Shown here: positions 9,031-18,907 of the stretch, one piece after another
Layout of the letters: each line of letters starts with the position of its first letter
Numbering within the stretch: position 1 is the stretch's first letter
Assembly: GCF_055900595.2 (NCBI RefSeq)
Contig: NZ_CM148325.1
DNA: 64,000 nt
Direction: 5' to 3' (one strand)
The notes under the pieces: generated by a model
What the model was told of the DNA's origin: nothing
Databases searched by the model: none
The model's input: only the letters and a program-made list of their open reading frames with translations
Translations under genes and position numbers: made by a program

Positions 9031-9928
9031 AAACGCTCTTTGATGTTCAACATTTCCACTTTATACAGTATTGATGACATCATCTTCATAGAAAATGAAA
9101 TCAAAGTAAGTTATCAACGTTTCCCGTTATGATTTTTTAACCTTAATTCTCAGCATTTTTATTAATCTATCTTCAATATCAATAACCGATGCAAATGATT
9201 ACGCAGTTATCATAACTCCCATCAATTGATTAATATCTGTAAACGCTACCGCCCCACCCTGATATTTTAATCTGCACATAGCAATCTTAACGTTATGCCC
9301 CATACATTAGTAATGTAAATTAAGAATTCGGAATATATCAAATTCACTTCATAAATTAATATCGAGAATGATATACACATTAATTATATTGAAGTCATGT
9401 TTTAAGCGTTGTAATGACCATGGAACAGGACTAATTCCAGAAACTCCTGTCAGGCAATAGCGCGTTTATCACCCTACATGCCTTTTACATTTTTTAGCCT
9501 TTTCTGTAACGTCGGCAACTGGCTCATTTAATCAGCAATTGTATCGGCATTTGGCGTATTACCCCTGAAACCTGCCATGTGCTAGCCCCTCACTATTCAA
9601 TGATCCAACCACGCCAGTGTCCACTGCAACCACTGGCGTTCAGAGCGACGAACGAGTGGCGCAAGAGTAGGACTGCCGTCGGGTATCATCAAACCAATAG
9701 TGGTTGTTTCCGTCATAATTTCATCAGGTTGCTATTTTGTTGCCGGCCGCCTTTATCCCCGCATATTTATAGCGGGATTATTTTGCATCGTTACACGATA
9801 AAAGGTAGGATTCTGCGCCGACAGTTATACCCATAAAGAATAATGGTGAATCTTGTCATCGCCAGGATGAATAAACATTGTTCATGGCAACTTATATGAC
9901 TTTTTCATTAAAGCAATCAGGGAGAGCA

Positions 9929-11428
9929 ATGAGTAAACACGACACCGACACTTCAGATCAACACGCCGCGAAACGCCGCTGGCTTAATGCCCACGAAGAG
10001 GGGTATCACAAAGCGATGGGCAATCGCCAGGTACAGATGATCGCCATCGGCGGCGCGATTGGCACCGGCTTGTTTTTAGGCGCTGGAGCCCGACTGCAAA
10101 TGGCGGGGCCAGCACTGGCATTGGTCTATTTAATCTGCGGCCTGTTTTCATTTTTTATTCTGCGTGCATTGGGTGAGCTGGTGCTACACCGCCCTTCCAG
10201 TGGCAGTTTTGTCTCTTATGCCCGTGAGTTTTTAGGAGAGAAAGCCGCTTACGTTGCAGGCTGGATGTACTTCATTAACTGGGCGATGACCGGGATTGTC
10301 GATATTACCGCCGTCGCGCTGTATATGCATTACTGGGGCGCATTTGGTGGTGTGCCGCAGTGGGTCTTTGCGCTCGCTGCGCTGACCATCGTTGGCACCA
10401 TGAATATGATTGGTGTGAAATGGTTTGCGGAGATGGAGTTCTGGTTTGCGCTTATTAAAGTGCTCGCCATTGTGACCTTTTTGGTCGTGGGTACAGTGTT
10501 CCTCGGTAGTGGTCAGCCGCTGGATGGCAACACCACTGGCTTTCATTTAATCACCGATAATGGCGGCTTCTTCCCCCATGGTTTGCTACCTGCGCTGGTA
10601 TTGATTCAGGGCGTAGTGTTTGCTTTTGCCTCCATTGAAATGGTGGGTACAGCTGCCGGAGAATGTAAAGATCCGCAGACCATGGTGCCTAAAGCGATTA
10701 ACAGTGTGATTTGGCGTATTGGCCTGTTTTACGTCGGCTCCGTGGTGTTGCTGGTTATGTTATTGCCGTGGAGCGCGTATCAGGCGGGGCAAAGTCCGTT
10801 CGTGACGTTTTTCTCTAAACTGGGTGTGCCATATATCGGCAGCATTATGAACATTGTGGTGCTGACCGCTGCCCTCTCCAGCCTGAACTCAGGTCTGTAC
10901 TGCACCGGACGTATTCTGCGCTCAATGGCGATGGGCGGTTCCGCACCGAGTTTTATGGCGAAAATGAGCCGTCAGCATGTGCCGTATGCCGGGATCCTGG
11001 CGACGCTGGTCGTTTATGTTGTTGGCGTATTCCTTAACTATCTGGTGCCGTCTCGCGTATTTGAGATTGTGTTGAACTTCGCGTCGCTGGGAATCATCGC
11101 TTCATGGGCGTTTATCATTGTTTGCCAGATGCGTCTACGTAAAGCGATTAAAGAAGGCAAAGCAGCGGATGTCAGTTTTAAACTCCCAGGTGCGCCCTTT
11201 ACGTCGTGGCTGACATTACTGTTTTTACTGAGCGTCCTGGTGCTGATGGCGTTCGATTACCCGAACGGGACTTATACCATCGCTGCGCTGCCGATTATTG
11301 GCCTTCTGCTGGTAGTAGGTTGGTTTGGTGTACGCAAACGCGTTGCAGAAATACACAGCACTGCGCCAGTCGTCGAGGAAGACGAAGAAAAACAGGAAAT
11401 TGTGTTTAAGCCAGAGACGGCGAGTTAA
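9929..11428 (+). CDS. ansP: L-asparagine permease, 499 aa
   Basis: Matches remembered K-12 AnsP from MSKHDTDTSDQHAAKRRW; amino acid permease family. Confidence 0.9.
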   Translation: MSKHDTDTSDQHAAKRRWLNAHEEGYHKAMGNRQVQMIAIGGAIGTGLFLGAGARLQMAGPALALVYLICGLFSFFILRALGELVLHRPSSGSFVSYAREFLGEKAAYVAGWMYFINWAMTGIVDITAVALYMHYWGAFGGVPQWVFALAALTIVGTMNMIGVKWFAEMEFWFALIKVLAIVTFLVVGTVFLGSGQPLDGNTTGFHLITDNGGFFPHGLLPALVLIQGVVFAFASIEMVGTAAGECKDPQTMVPKAINSVIWRIGLFYVGSVVLLVMLLPWSAYQAGQSPFVTFFSKLGVPYIGSIMNIVVLTAALSSLNSGLYCTGRILRSMAMGGSAPSFMAKMSRQHVPYAGILATLVVYVVGVFLNYLVPSRVFEIVLNFASLGIIASWAFIIVCQMRLRKAIKEGKAADVSFKLPGAPFTSWLTLLFLLSVLVLMAFDYPNGTYTIAALPIIGLLLVVGWFGVRKRVAEIHSTAPVVEEDEEKQEIVFKPETAS

Positions 11429-11432
11429 TTGC

Positions 11433-11466
11433 AAAATTGCCCGGCTATGTGCCGGGCAAATTCAGA
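11433..11466. terminator. Candidate bidirectional rho-independent terminator between convergent ansP and yncE
   Basis: gcccggc-tatgt-gccgggc hairpin with A/T-rich flanks. Confidence 0.4.
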
Positions 11467-11540
11467 TTAGAAACGAGGGGGCCGCATGCGGCGTGATAAA
11501 AGTCAGGCAAGTCTCTCCGTTTTCACCCTCGCCATATCTA

Positions 11541-12602
11541 TTACAGCGCAATACGAATCACATCGTCTGGCTGGGTAGCTTCCTGCTGTTTAGTGGATTT
11601 TTGTTTCACACTGACATACAGCGTTTTGCCATCGGCAGACAGCGCCAGGCTGTTCGGATGAGTCGGGGTATCGAACGTTTTCACCACTTTATAGCTTTTC
11701 GCGTCAATCACACTGACTTTACCTGCCTGACGATGCGTTACGTAGGCTTCATTACGCGCTGGGTTAAACAGCACAGCCAGTGATTCCGGTGCCGCAACCT
11801 TCGCCAGAATATTGCCATTACGGGTATCGACCACTAGCACTTCTGCCGCTTTAGAATCGGTGATAAATGCACGCTGATTGGCGGTATCGAGGCTGATGTT
11901 GATAAAGAAGTGCTCTTTCCCATCATCCAGCAGCTTTTTACGGCTGAGGATTTTATTGTCGGCGGTGTCGATGGTAATCAATTCGCCGTCAGCGTTAGTG
12001 GTGTAAAGACGTTTGCCTTTGCTATCCAGCGCCAGACCGGTACTCATTTTACCGGTGTTCTGGATGGCGGTTTTCAGTTTGATATTCTCGCCATCAACGA
12101 CCCAAATCACGCTCTCTTTACCAATACCACTGATGTAAACGGTGTTCGTGGCATCATCAGCTACCAGCTCACGCGGTTGCAGCGGGCGCACCTCTTCCGT
12201 GCGCTTACGATCATCCAGCACCAGACGGCCTTTCACTTCGCCCGTTTTGGCATCTATCGCCGTGACCGCGCTGTTTACGGTGTTACCAAACCACAACGTC
12301 TGAGTCGTGTTATTGATGGTGGCACCAAACGGCTTGAGATCGTTATGGATCGCCTGCGTCACTTCCAGAGTGACCGGATCAAGACGATAAACCACGCCAC
12401 CTTTATCCAGTTTGCGGCTTTGCGAAGTGGCGAGCCACAGCGCGTTTTCTTGCTGGCTATAAGCCATTTCGTAGGCACCTTTACCTACCGCTTTACGCAG
12501 CATTTCTTCTGCGGCCTGCGTACTGAATGATGAAGCAACAAGCAATGAACCTAACAGTAATGAACCACGCAGGCGCGATGAAAACATATGACGTAAATGC
12601 AT
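11541..12602 (-). CDS. yncE: Beta-propeller protein YncE, 353 aa, secreted
   Basis: Length and sequence match K-12 YncE; N-terminal signal peptide. Confidence 0.85.
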   Translation of the reverse strand: MHLRHMFSSRLRGSLLLGSLLVASSFSTQAAEEMLRKAVGKGAYEMAYSQQENALWLATSQSRKLDKGGVVYRLDPVTLEVTQAIHNDLKPFGATINNTTQTLWFGNTVNSAVTAIDAKTGEVKGRLVLDDRKRTEEVRPLQPRELVADDATNTVYISGIGKESVIWVVDGENIKLKTAIQNTGKMSTGLALDSKGKRLYTTNADGELITIDTADNKILSRKKLLDDGKEHFFINISLDTANQRAFITDSKAAEVLVVDTRNGNILAKVAAPESLAVLFNPARNEAYVTHRQAGKVSVIDAKSYKVVKTFDTPTHPNSLALSADGKTLYVSVKQKSTKQQEATQPDDVIRIAL

Positions 12603-12688
12603 GACGACTCCCTTTGATGAACCGATATTTTTGCTGCTTCACAATGCTTCGCTAAGCGTAATCATCGTTACGCTCTTGTTATAAATGG

Positions 12689-12707
12689 GAATGGTAATCA
12701 TTATTTT
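12689..12707. promoter_or_regulatory. Candidate Fur box in the divergent yncE/yncD promoter region
   Basis: gaatggtaatcattatttt resembles the Fur consensus (gataatgataatcattatc); yncD is a TonB-dependent receptor and yncE is a reported Fur-regulon member. Confidence 0.4.
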
Positions 12708-12843
12708 CTCAAATGTGGAGCATTTCTTGCCGTTACGACTACAATTTTCTCAATTACTTAACGTATTGTGCCGTTTCATTTTCCATAAATTTACAATTTC
12801 ATTACCATGACGGCGTTTTCCCATTCTTAACCTGGCTTTTTTC

Positions 12844-14946
12844 ATGAAGATTTTTTCCGTCCGACAGACCGTTTTGCCCGCACTGCTTGTCCTTTCCCCC
12901 GTTGTTTTTGCCGCTGATGAACAGACTATGATTGTCAGTGCCGCACCGCAGGTGGTTTCAGAACTGGATACCCCAGCAGCAGTAAGCGTGGTGGATGGCG
13001 AGGAGATGCGTCTGGCAACACCGCGCATTAACTTGTCCGAATCACTGACCGGCGTGCCTGGTTTGCAGGTACAAAACCGGCAGAACTATGCGCAAGATTT
13101 ACAGCTGTCGATTCGCGGATTTGGCTCCCGCTCCACTTACGGTATTCGCGGTATTCGCCTGTATGTGGACGGTATTCCCGCCACAATGCCCGACGGGCAA
13201 GGGCAAACATCCAACATCGATTTAAGCAGTGTACAAAATGTGGAAGTGCTGCGTGGCCCCTTTTCTGCCCTGTATGGCAACGCGTCTGGCGGTGTAATGA
13301 ATGTCACCACCCAGACCGGGCAACAGCCACCAACCATTGAAGCCAGTAGTTACTACGGCAGTTTTGGCAGCTGGCGCTATGGGCTGAAAGCAACGGGCGC
13401 AACGGGAGACGGCACACAGCCCGGCGATGTCGATTACACCGTCTCAACCACGCGTTTTACGACCCACGGCTATCGTGATCATAGTGGCGCACAGAAAAAT
13501 TTAGCCAATGCCAAACTGGGCGTTCGCATTGATGACGCCAGCAAATTAAGCCTGATTTTCAATAGTGTGGATATCAAAGCAGATGACCCAGGTGGGCTAA
13601 CCGAAGCAGAATGGAAGGCGAATCCGCAACAAGCGCCACGCGCTGAACAGTACGACACGCGAAAAACCATCAAGCAAACTCAGGCTGGGTTGCGCTATGA
13701 ACGTAGCCTAAGTTCGCAGGATGATATGAGTGTGATGATGTATGCCGGAGAACGAGAAACGACCCAGTACCAGTCAATCCCAATGGCCCCCCAACTTAAC
13801 CCATCGCATGCGGGCGGTGTGATTACTCTACAACGTCATTACCAGGGGATAGACAGCCGCTGGACACACCGTGGCGAACTGGGTGTTCCGGTCACGTTCA
13901 CTACCGGCCTGAACTACGAAAACATGAGTGAAAACCGTAAAGGCTACAACAACTTCCGCCTGAACAGCGGTGTGCCGGAGTACGGGCAAAAAGGTGAGTT
14001 GCGCCGCGACGAACGCAATCTGATGTGGAACGTCGATCCTTATTTACAAACGCAGTGGCAGCTGAGCGAAAAACTGTCGCTGGATGCTGGCGTGCGCTAC
14101 AGCTCCGTATGGTTTGATTCCAACGATCATTACATTACTCCGGGTAACGGCGATGACAGTGGTGATGCCAGTTATCACAAATGGCTACCAGCCGGATCGT
14201 TAAAATATGCAATGACCGATGCCTGGAATATCTATCTGGCAGCCGGGCGTGGTTTTGAAACGCCGACGATTAATGAGCTGTCTTATCGTGCTGACGGTCA
14301 AAGCGGTATGAACTTTGGTTTAAAACCATCCACCAACGATACAATTGAGATCGGCAGTAAAACGCGTATTGGTGATGGGCTGCTTAGTCTCGCATTGTTC
14401 CAGACCGACACCGATGATGAAATTGTTGTCGATAGCAGTAGCGGTGGACGTACGACTTATAAAAATGCCGGAAAGACCCGTCGTCAAGGCGCTGAACTGG
14501 CATGGGATCAACGTTTCGCGGGAGATTTTCGCGTAAAAGCGTCCTGGACCTGGCTTGATGCGACCTATCGCAGCAATGTGTGCAATGAACATGATTGTAA
14601 CGGTAACCGGATGCCAGGGATCGCCCGTAATATGGGCTTTGCGTCGATAGGTTATGTACCGGAAGATGGCTGGTATGCAGGTACGGAAGCGCGTTATATG
14701 GGCGATATTATGGCAGATGATGAAAATACGGCCAAAGCGCCTTCTTATACACTCGTCGGCTTATTCACGGGGTATAAATACAATTACCACAATTTAACTG
14801 TGGATTTATTTGGCAGTGTCGACAATTTATTCGATAAAGAATACGTTGGTTCTGTCATTGTCAATGAGTCGAACGGGCGATATTACGAACCTGCGCCCGG
14901 GCGAAATTATGGTATCGGCGTGAATGTTGCGTGGCGATTTGAGTGA
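12844..14946 (+). CDS. yncD: TonB-dependent outer-membrane receptor, 700 aa
   Basis: Signal peptide, TonB-box-like N-terminus, C-terminal aromatic residue (RFE...WRFE); matches K-12 YncD length. Confidence 0.9.
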   Translation: MKIFSVRQTVLPALLVLSPVVFAADEQTMIVSAAPQVVSELDTPAAVSVVDGEEMRLATPRINLSESLTGVPGLQVQNRQNYAQDLQLSIRGFGSRSTYGIRGIRLYVDGIPATMPDGQGQTSNIDLSSVQNVEVLRGPFSALYGNASGGVMNVTTQTGQQPPTIEASSYYGSFGSWRYGLKATGATGDGTQPGDVDYTVSTTRFTTHGYRDHSGAQKNLANAKLGVRIDDASKLSLIFNSVDIKADDPGGLTEAEWKANPQQAPRAEQYDTRKTIKQTQAGLRYERSLSSQDDMSVMMYAGERETTQYQSIPMAPQLNPSHAGGVITLQRHYQGIDSRWTHRGELGVPVTFTTGLNYENMSENRKGYNNFRLNSGVPEYGQKGELRRDERNLMWNVDPYLQTQWQLSEKLSLDAGVRYSSVWFDSNDHYITPGNGDDSGDASYHKWLPAGSLKYAMTDAWNIYLAAGRGFETPTINELSYRADGQSGMNFGLKPSTNDTIEIGSKTRIGDGLLSLALFQTDTDDEIVVDSSSGGRTTYKNAGKTRRQGAELAWDQRFAGDFRVKASWTWLDATYRSNVCNEHDCNGNRMPGIARNMGFASIGYVPEDGWYAGTEARYMGDIMADDENTAKAPSYTLVGLFTGYKYNYHNLTVDLFGSVDNLFDKEYVGSVIVNESNGRYYEPAPGRNYGIGVNVAWRFE

Positions 14947-14981
14947 TTATCTTGATGCCCGGTATTTGCCGGGCATTTAAT

Positions 14982-15647
14982 TTAACGATTATATTGCTGG
15001 TATAACATAGCAACATTTTGTTGCATAATTTCAGCAAGACAATGTCTGCATCGCTCTTTGTCTTTTACTTTCAACGCGGCGAGTAGTTCATGATAGCTTT
15101 CTATACGATCCTGTAATTCCGCTGGATTAATCGTTTCATAAAGATAATGTAAACCAGGTCCCATCCTGACCCACAGTTGCTCAATCATCTCACACAGGAT
15201 GGGCATATTTGAACGATGATAAATCGCTAAGCGAAATAACCTGTTCGCATTAATGATTTGTTCCATGTCGCCCTTTTCTTGCGCCTGCTGTAATTTATCG
15301 AGCAATTTCTGAAGTTCCGCTATATCTTGCGAGGAGAGGTTTTCTACAGCCAGAGCAACTGCCATTAATTCCAGTTCGTAGCGGATCCGATTGATTTCGT
15401 CTAATTGACGTTTCCCCACTTCCGGTACTGTAAATGCTTGCGCTGGTGCGACAGAGAGCGCATTCACCGAAACCAGACGTAATAATGCTTCACGCACGGG
15501 TGTAATACTCATACCTAATTGCTCCGCCAGATTTTTAGTAATCAGGCGTGCGCCAGGTTTTAGTGCACCAATACTTAGTTGATGTTTCAGGTCGTTCTCA
15601 ACCTGCATAGTCAAACTGACATGTTTCATTTTTTCCGTTCCAGGCAT
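14982..15647 (-). CDS. mcbR: GntR-family transcriptional regulator McbR/YncC, 221 aa
   Basis: Matches K-12 McbR from MPGTEKMKHVSL; the track ORF is extended 19 codons upstream. Confidence 0.85.
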   Translation of the reverse strand: MPGTEKMKHVSLTMQVENDLKHQLSIGALKPGARLITKNLAEQLGMSITPVREALLRLVSVNALSVAPAQAFTVPEVGKRQLDEINRIRYELELMAVALAVENLSSQDIAELQKLLDKLQQAQEKGDMEQIINANRLFRLAIYHRSNMPILCEMIEQLWVRMGPGLHYLYETINPAELQDRIESYHELLAALKVKDKERCRHCLAEIMQQNVAMLYQQYNR

Positions 15648-15845
15648 TTTACTTCCTTCGCGTGTTTTCTTTCCGACCCTGCCTGCATGGCAGAAGGCGT
15701 TCACCTGGTGTGTTAAAATGAATAATCATAAGCCACTCACCTTTGTAGTTATTAGCAGCAGAACAATGATGTGGTCAGTTAATTAAAGCTGAAAATAAGC
15801 TTTTTGCCTGGATTTTTATGGCGGCCTTACGCCGCCGTTGAAACT

Positions 15846-16883
15846 TTAATCATCATCCGCCACGCGGATCACCACTTTGCCAAAGTTTTTACCCTTCAGC
15901 AGGCCGATAAACGTCTGTGGGGCGTTCTCCAAACCGTTGGTAATTTGTTCACGATAGTGAATTTTCCCCTCTTTCACCCATTGTCCCATCTCCTGCTGAA
16001 ACTCATGGATACGGTGACCATAATCCTGACCAATAATAAACCCTTGCAAGCGAATGCGTTTTTTCAGCACCGTTGCCATCAACAGGGGTAAACGATCCGG
16101 ACCGGGTGGTAGCTCTGTAGCGTTATAGCTGCTCACTAAGCCGCAGACGGGAATGCGCGCGGATGTATTGAGTAACGGTAGCACCGCATCAAATACCTTA
16201 CCGCCAACGTTTTCATAATAAATATCGATACCTTTTGGGCACGCTTTCGCCAGTTGCTCGGCAAAATCATCCGCGTGATGGTCAAGGCAGACATCGAAGC
16301 CCAACACCTCGGTAGCATGGCGGCATTTTTCCGCGCCACCAGCTACCCCCACCACTCTGCAACCTTTAAGTTTGCCGATTTGCCCCACCGTCGCCCCCAC
16401 TGGTCCTGTCGCTGCAGCTACCACCAACGTTTCGCCTTCTTTGGGCTGACCGATATCCAGCAGGCCCATATAAGCGGTAAAGCCTGGCATCCCCAGCACA
16501 CCCAGCGACCACGATGGATTTTGCGGATGATCGCCAAGTTTCACCAAATCATCACCACTGGATATGTCATAGTCCTGCCATCCACTGTAGCCCAGCACCC
16601 AGTCACCAGGCTGGTAATCAGGATGATTTGACTCCACAACACGGCTCACCGTACCGCCGACCATCACGCCGTCAATGTCAACCGGCGGTGAATAAGATGG
16701 CTCATCGCTCATACGTCCACGCATATACGGGTCCAGTGACAAATAAACTGTGCGCAGTAATACCTGTCCTTCACCCGGTGTGGCGACATCATCTTCTTCA
16801 AGACGAAAATTCTCCGGAACCGGCGCGCCATGCGGACGCGAGGCCAGAACCCAACGGCGGTTACGCTGCTTTTGTTGCCCCAT
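15846..16883 (-). CDS. curA: NADPH-dependent curcumin/dihydrocurcumin reductase, 345 aa
   Basis: Matches K-12 CurA/YncB from MGQQKQRNRRWVL; medium-chain dehydrogenase fold. Confidence 0.85.
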   Translation of the reverse strand: MGQQKQRNRRWVLASRPHGAPVPENFRLEEDDVATPGEGQVLLRTVYLSLDPYMRGRMSDEPSYSPPVDIDGVMVGGTVSRVVESNHPDYQPGDWVLGYSGWQDYDISSGDDLVKLGDHPQNPSWSLGVLGMPGFTAYMGLLDIGQPKEGETLVVAAATGPVGATVGQIGKLKGCRVVGVAGGAEKCRHATEVLGFDVCLDHHADDFAEQLAKACPKGIDIYYENVGGKVFDAVLPLLNTSARIPVCGLVSSYNATELPPGPDRLPLLMATVLKKRIRLQGFIIGQDYGHRIHEFQQEMGQWVKEGKIHYREQITNGLENAPQTFIGLLKGKNFGKVVIRVADDD

Positions 16884-17063
16884 AATGCTCTCCTGTGCTT
16901 TTGGCATGAATCCATCAATAGTAGCAGGCTCGCAGGATTGGTTTTGTTTGCAGTCGTCACATCCCCTCTGCAACACGCAATAATTTCATCGAGGAATCCG
17001 TTGCTTCGGGCTGTTTTCGATAGTATTGATAACGTCATTATCATTATTTTATCGAGGCCAGAC

Positions 17064-17579
17064 ATGTCCATCCGTTTTGCCCGCAAAGCCGACTGTGCTG
17101 CCATTGCGGAAATTTATAACCACGCCGTGTTGTATACGGCGGCTATCTGGAATGACCAAACGGTGGATGCAGATAACCGCATTGCCTGGTTTGAAGCGCG
17201 GACCATAGCAGGTTATCCGGTGCTGGTGAGTGAAGAAGATGGCGTAGTGACGGGATATGCCTCGTTTGGCGACTGGCGTAGTTTCGATGGTTTTCGCCAT
17301 ACCGTGGAGCATTCGGTTTATGTCCATCCTGATCATCAGGGCAAAGGTCTTGGGCGTAAATTGTTAAGCCGATTGATTGATGAAGCGCGGGATTGCGGGA
17401 AGCATGTTATGGTCGCCGGGATCGAATCGCAAAATCAGGCTTCGCTGCATCTCCACCAGTCGCTGGGATTTGTCATCACCGCACAAATGCCGCAGGTGGG
17501 CACTAAATTTGGGCGCTGGCTGGATCTGACATTTATGCAGTTGCAACTCGACGAACGCAGTGAACCGGACGCAATCTGA
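17064..17579 (+). CDS. mnaT: L-amino acid N-acyltransferase MnaT/YncA, 172 aa
   Basis: Matches K-12 MnaT from MSIRFARKADCAAIAEIYNHAV; GNAT family. Confidence 0.85.
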   Translation: MSIRFARKADCAAIAEIYNHAVLYTAAIWNDQTVDADNRIAWFEARTIAGYPVLVSEEDGVVTGYASFGDWRSFDGFRHTVEHSVYVHPDHQGKGLGRKLLSRLIDEARDCGKHVMVAGIESQNQASLHLHQSLGFVITAQMPQVGTKFGRWLDLTFMQLQLDERSEPDAI

Positions 17580-18028
17580 TGAATCAGTCGCTTACCCTTG
17601 CCTTTTTGATTGCCGCAGGGATTGGTCTGGTCGTCCAGAACACGCTAATGGTGCGCATCACCCAGACCTCCTCTACCATTCTCATCGCCATGTTGCTGAA
17701 CTCACTGGTAGGGATTGTGCTCTTTGTTGCTATTTTATGGTTTAAACAAGGCATGGCGGGGTTTGGCGAACTGGTGTCCAGCGTACGCTGGTGGACACTT
17801 ATACCCGGCTTGCTGGGATCTTTTTTTGTCTTCGCCAGTATCAGCGGATATCAGAATTTGGGAGCGGCGACAACTATTGCAGTACTGGTCGCCAGCCAGC
17901 TAATTGGCGGTCTGGTGCTGGATATCTTCCTCAGTCATGGCGTACCACTACGGGCGTTGATCGGCCCAATTTGTGGCGCAATTTTACTTGTGGTTGGTGC
18001 CTGGCTGGTGGCCAGGCGCACATTTTAA
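17579..18028 (+). CDS. ydcZ: Inner-membrane protein YdcZ (DMT-like), 149 aa
   Basis: Length and hydrophobic profile match K-12 YdcZ; start overlaps the mnaT stop. Confidence 0.8.
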   Translation: MNQSLTLAFLIAAGIGLVVQNTLMVRITQTSSTILIAMLLNSLVGIVLFVAILWFKQGMAGFGELVSSVRWWTLIPGLLGSFFVFASISGYQNLGAATTIAVLVASQLIGGLVLDIFLSHGVPLRALIGPICGAILLVVGAWLVARRTF

Positions 18029-18262
18029 TCAGAGGATGGTGCCGCCTTTGGTTAACTGTTCGTGGCGCGCTTCCATATCTTCTTTATGCTTGCGACCGTG
18101 ATGGGCGATCGCTGTGCGCAGACGCTGCTGCTGGGTGTAGCGATCTTCCCGACTTAACTCCGCGTCATCGCTCAGGGCGATTAATAATTCGTTCATATGG
18201 GCAATGACGCTCTCTTCAATCGCGGCATCCACGCGCGTGATGACTTCATCCAGATGCGACAT
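18029..18262 (-). CDS. ydcY: Small protein YdcY, 77 aa
   Basis: Length and position match K-12 ydcY. Confidence 0.75.
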   Translation of the reverse strand: MSHLDEVITRVDAAIEESVIAHMNELLIALSDDAELSREDRYTQQQRLRTAIAHHGRKHKEDMEARHEQLTKGGTIL

Positions 18263-18347
18263 ACTTTCTCCTTAGCCACTTGTGAAATTTATCGATTCAT
18301 CCAAATGATATAAGTCTGCGTGGTGCCGTCAAGCCAGTGCGTAAGAT

Positions 18348-18521
18348 TTAAAACAGCGAAAACAACAGCGCCACCGGGAAACTCATCGGCCATGTTGCCC
18401 CCACCAGAAAGGCGCTTAAGAAACGGATGCGTTTCTTATCGTGAGAAAGAAACCAGGTGATAAGAAATGCGATTGCTGCCATAACCGCATAAAAAACAAG
18501 CATGTGTTGATAGAGAGACAT
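18348..18521 (-). CDS. ortT: Orphan membrane toxin OrtT/YdcX, 57 aa
   Basis: MSLYQHMLVFYAVMAAIAFLITWFLSHDKKRIRFLSAFLVGATWPMSFPVALLFSLF matches K-12 OrtT; the track ORF is 5'-extended. Confidence 0.8.
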   Translation of the reverse strand: MSLYQHMLVFYAVMAAIAFLITWFLSHDKKRIRFLSAFLVGATWPMSFPVALLFSLF

Positions 18522-18715
18522 GTACGGGCGTCCAGCCAGATGAATAAAACGCGCGCAAATATGCGTCATTTTTTGACGTGCATCAAGTTTTTTCACCAGT
18601 TTGAGAAAAAATCATCAAACAGCAACTTGCCCTTATCCATCTTCAGAATGAGTATTATTGCGGATTTTCTTAACCCGTACTATACACATAGGGGCAATGA
18701 TAAAAGGTGGCAAAA

Positions 18716-18811
18716 ATGAATGTTTCCAGTAGAACTGTAGTACTGATAAATGTCTTTGCTGCTGTTGGTTTGTTTACTCTTATCTCTATGAGATTTGGCT
18801 GGTTTATTTGA
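18716..18811 (+). CDS. yncL: Small membrane protein YncL, 31 aa
   Basis: Own translation MNVSSRTVVLINVFAAVGLFTLISMRFGWFI matches remembered K-12 YncL; below the ORF-track size cutoff. Confidence 0.7.
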   Translation: MNVSSRTVVLINVFAAVGLFTLISMRFGWFI

Positions 18812-18907
18812 TGTAGTGATTTTGCACGCAGCACGTACTGTCAGAGAAATCAGTGCTCTGACAGTACGCAAGATCTTCTCATACTCTTACGATCTGCAAT
18901 ATTATCC

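Noticed and set aside
9579-9836. 85-aa ORF upstream of ansP
   Set aside because: No motifs and atypical composition; lies in the ansP 5' region and is more likely leader or promoter sequence.
15820-15845. ggcggc-cttac-gccgcc hairpin downstream of curA as a terminator
   Set aside because: No U-tract follows the stem on the curA strand; more likely a REP-like or incidental palindrome.
16830-17063. N-terminal extensions of track ORFs (mnaT; similarly ansP, mcbR, curA, ortT, ydcI, cybB, tehA, rimL, ydcO, ydcP)
   Set aside because: Track ORFs run from the most upstream possible start; conserved protein N-termini indicate internal starts.
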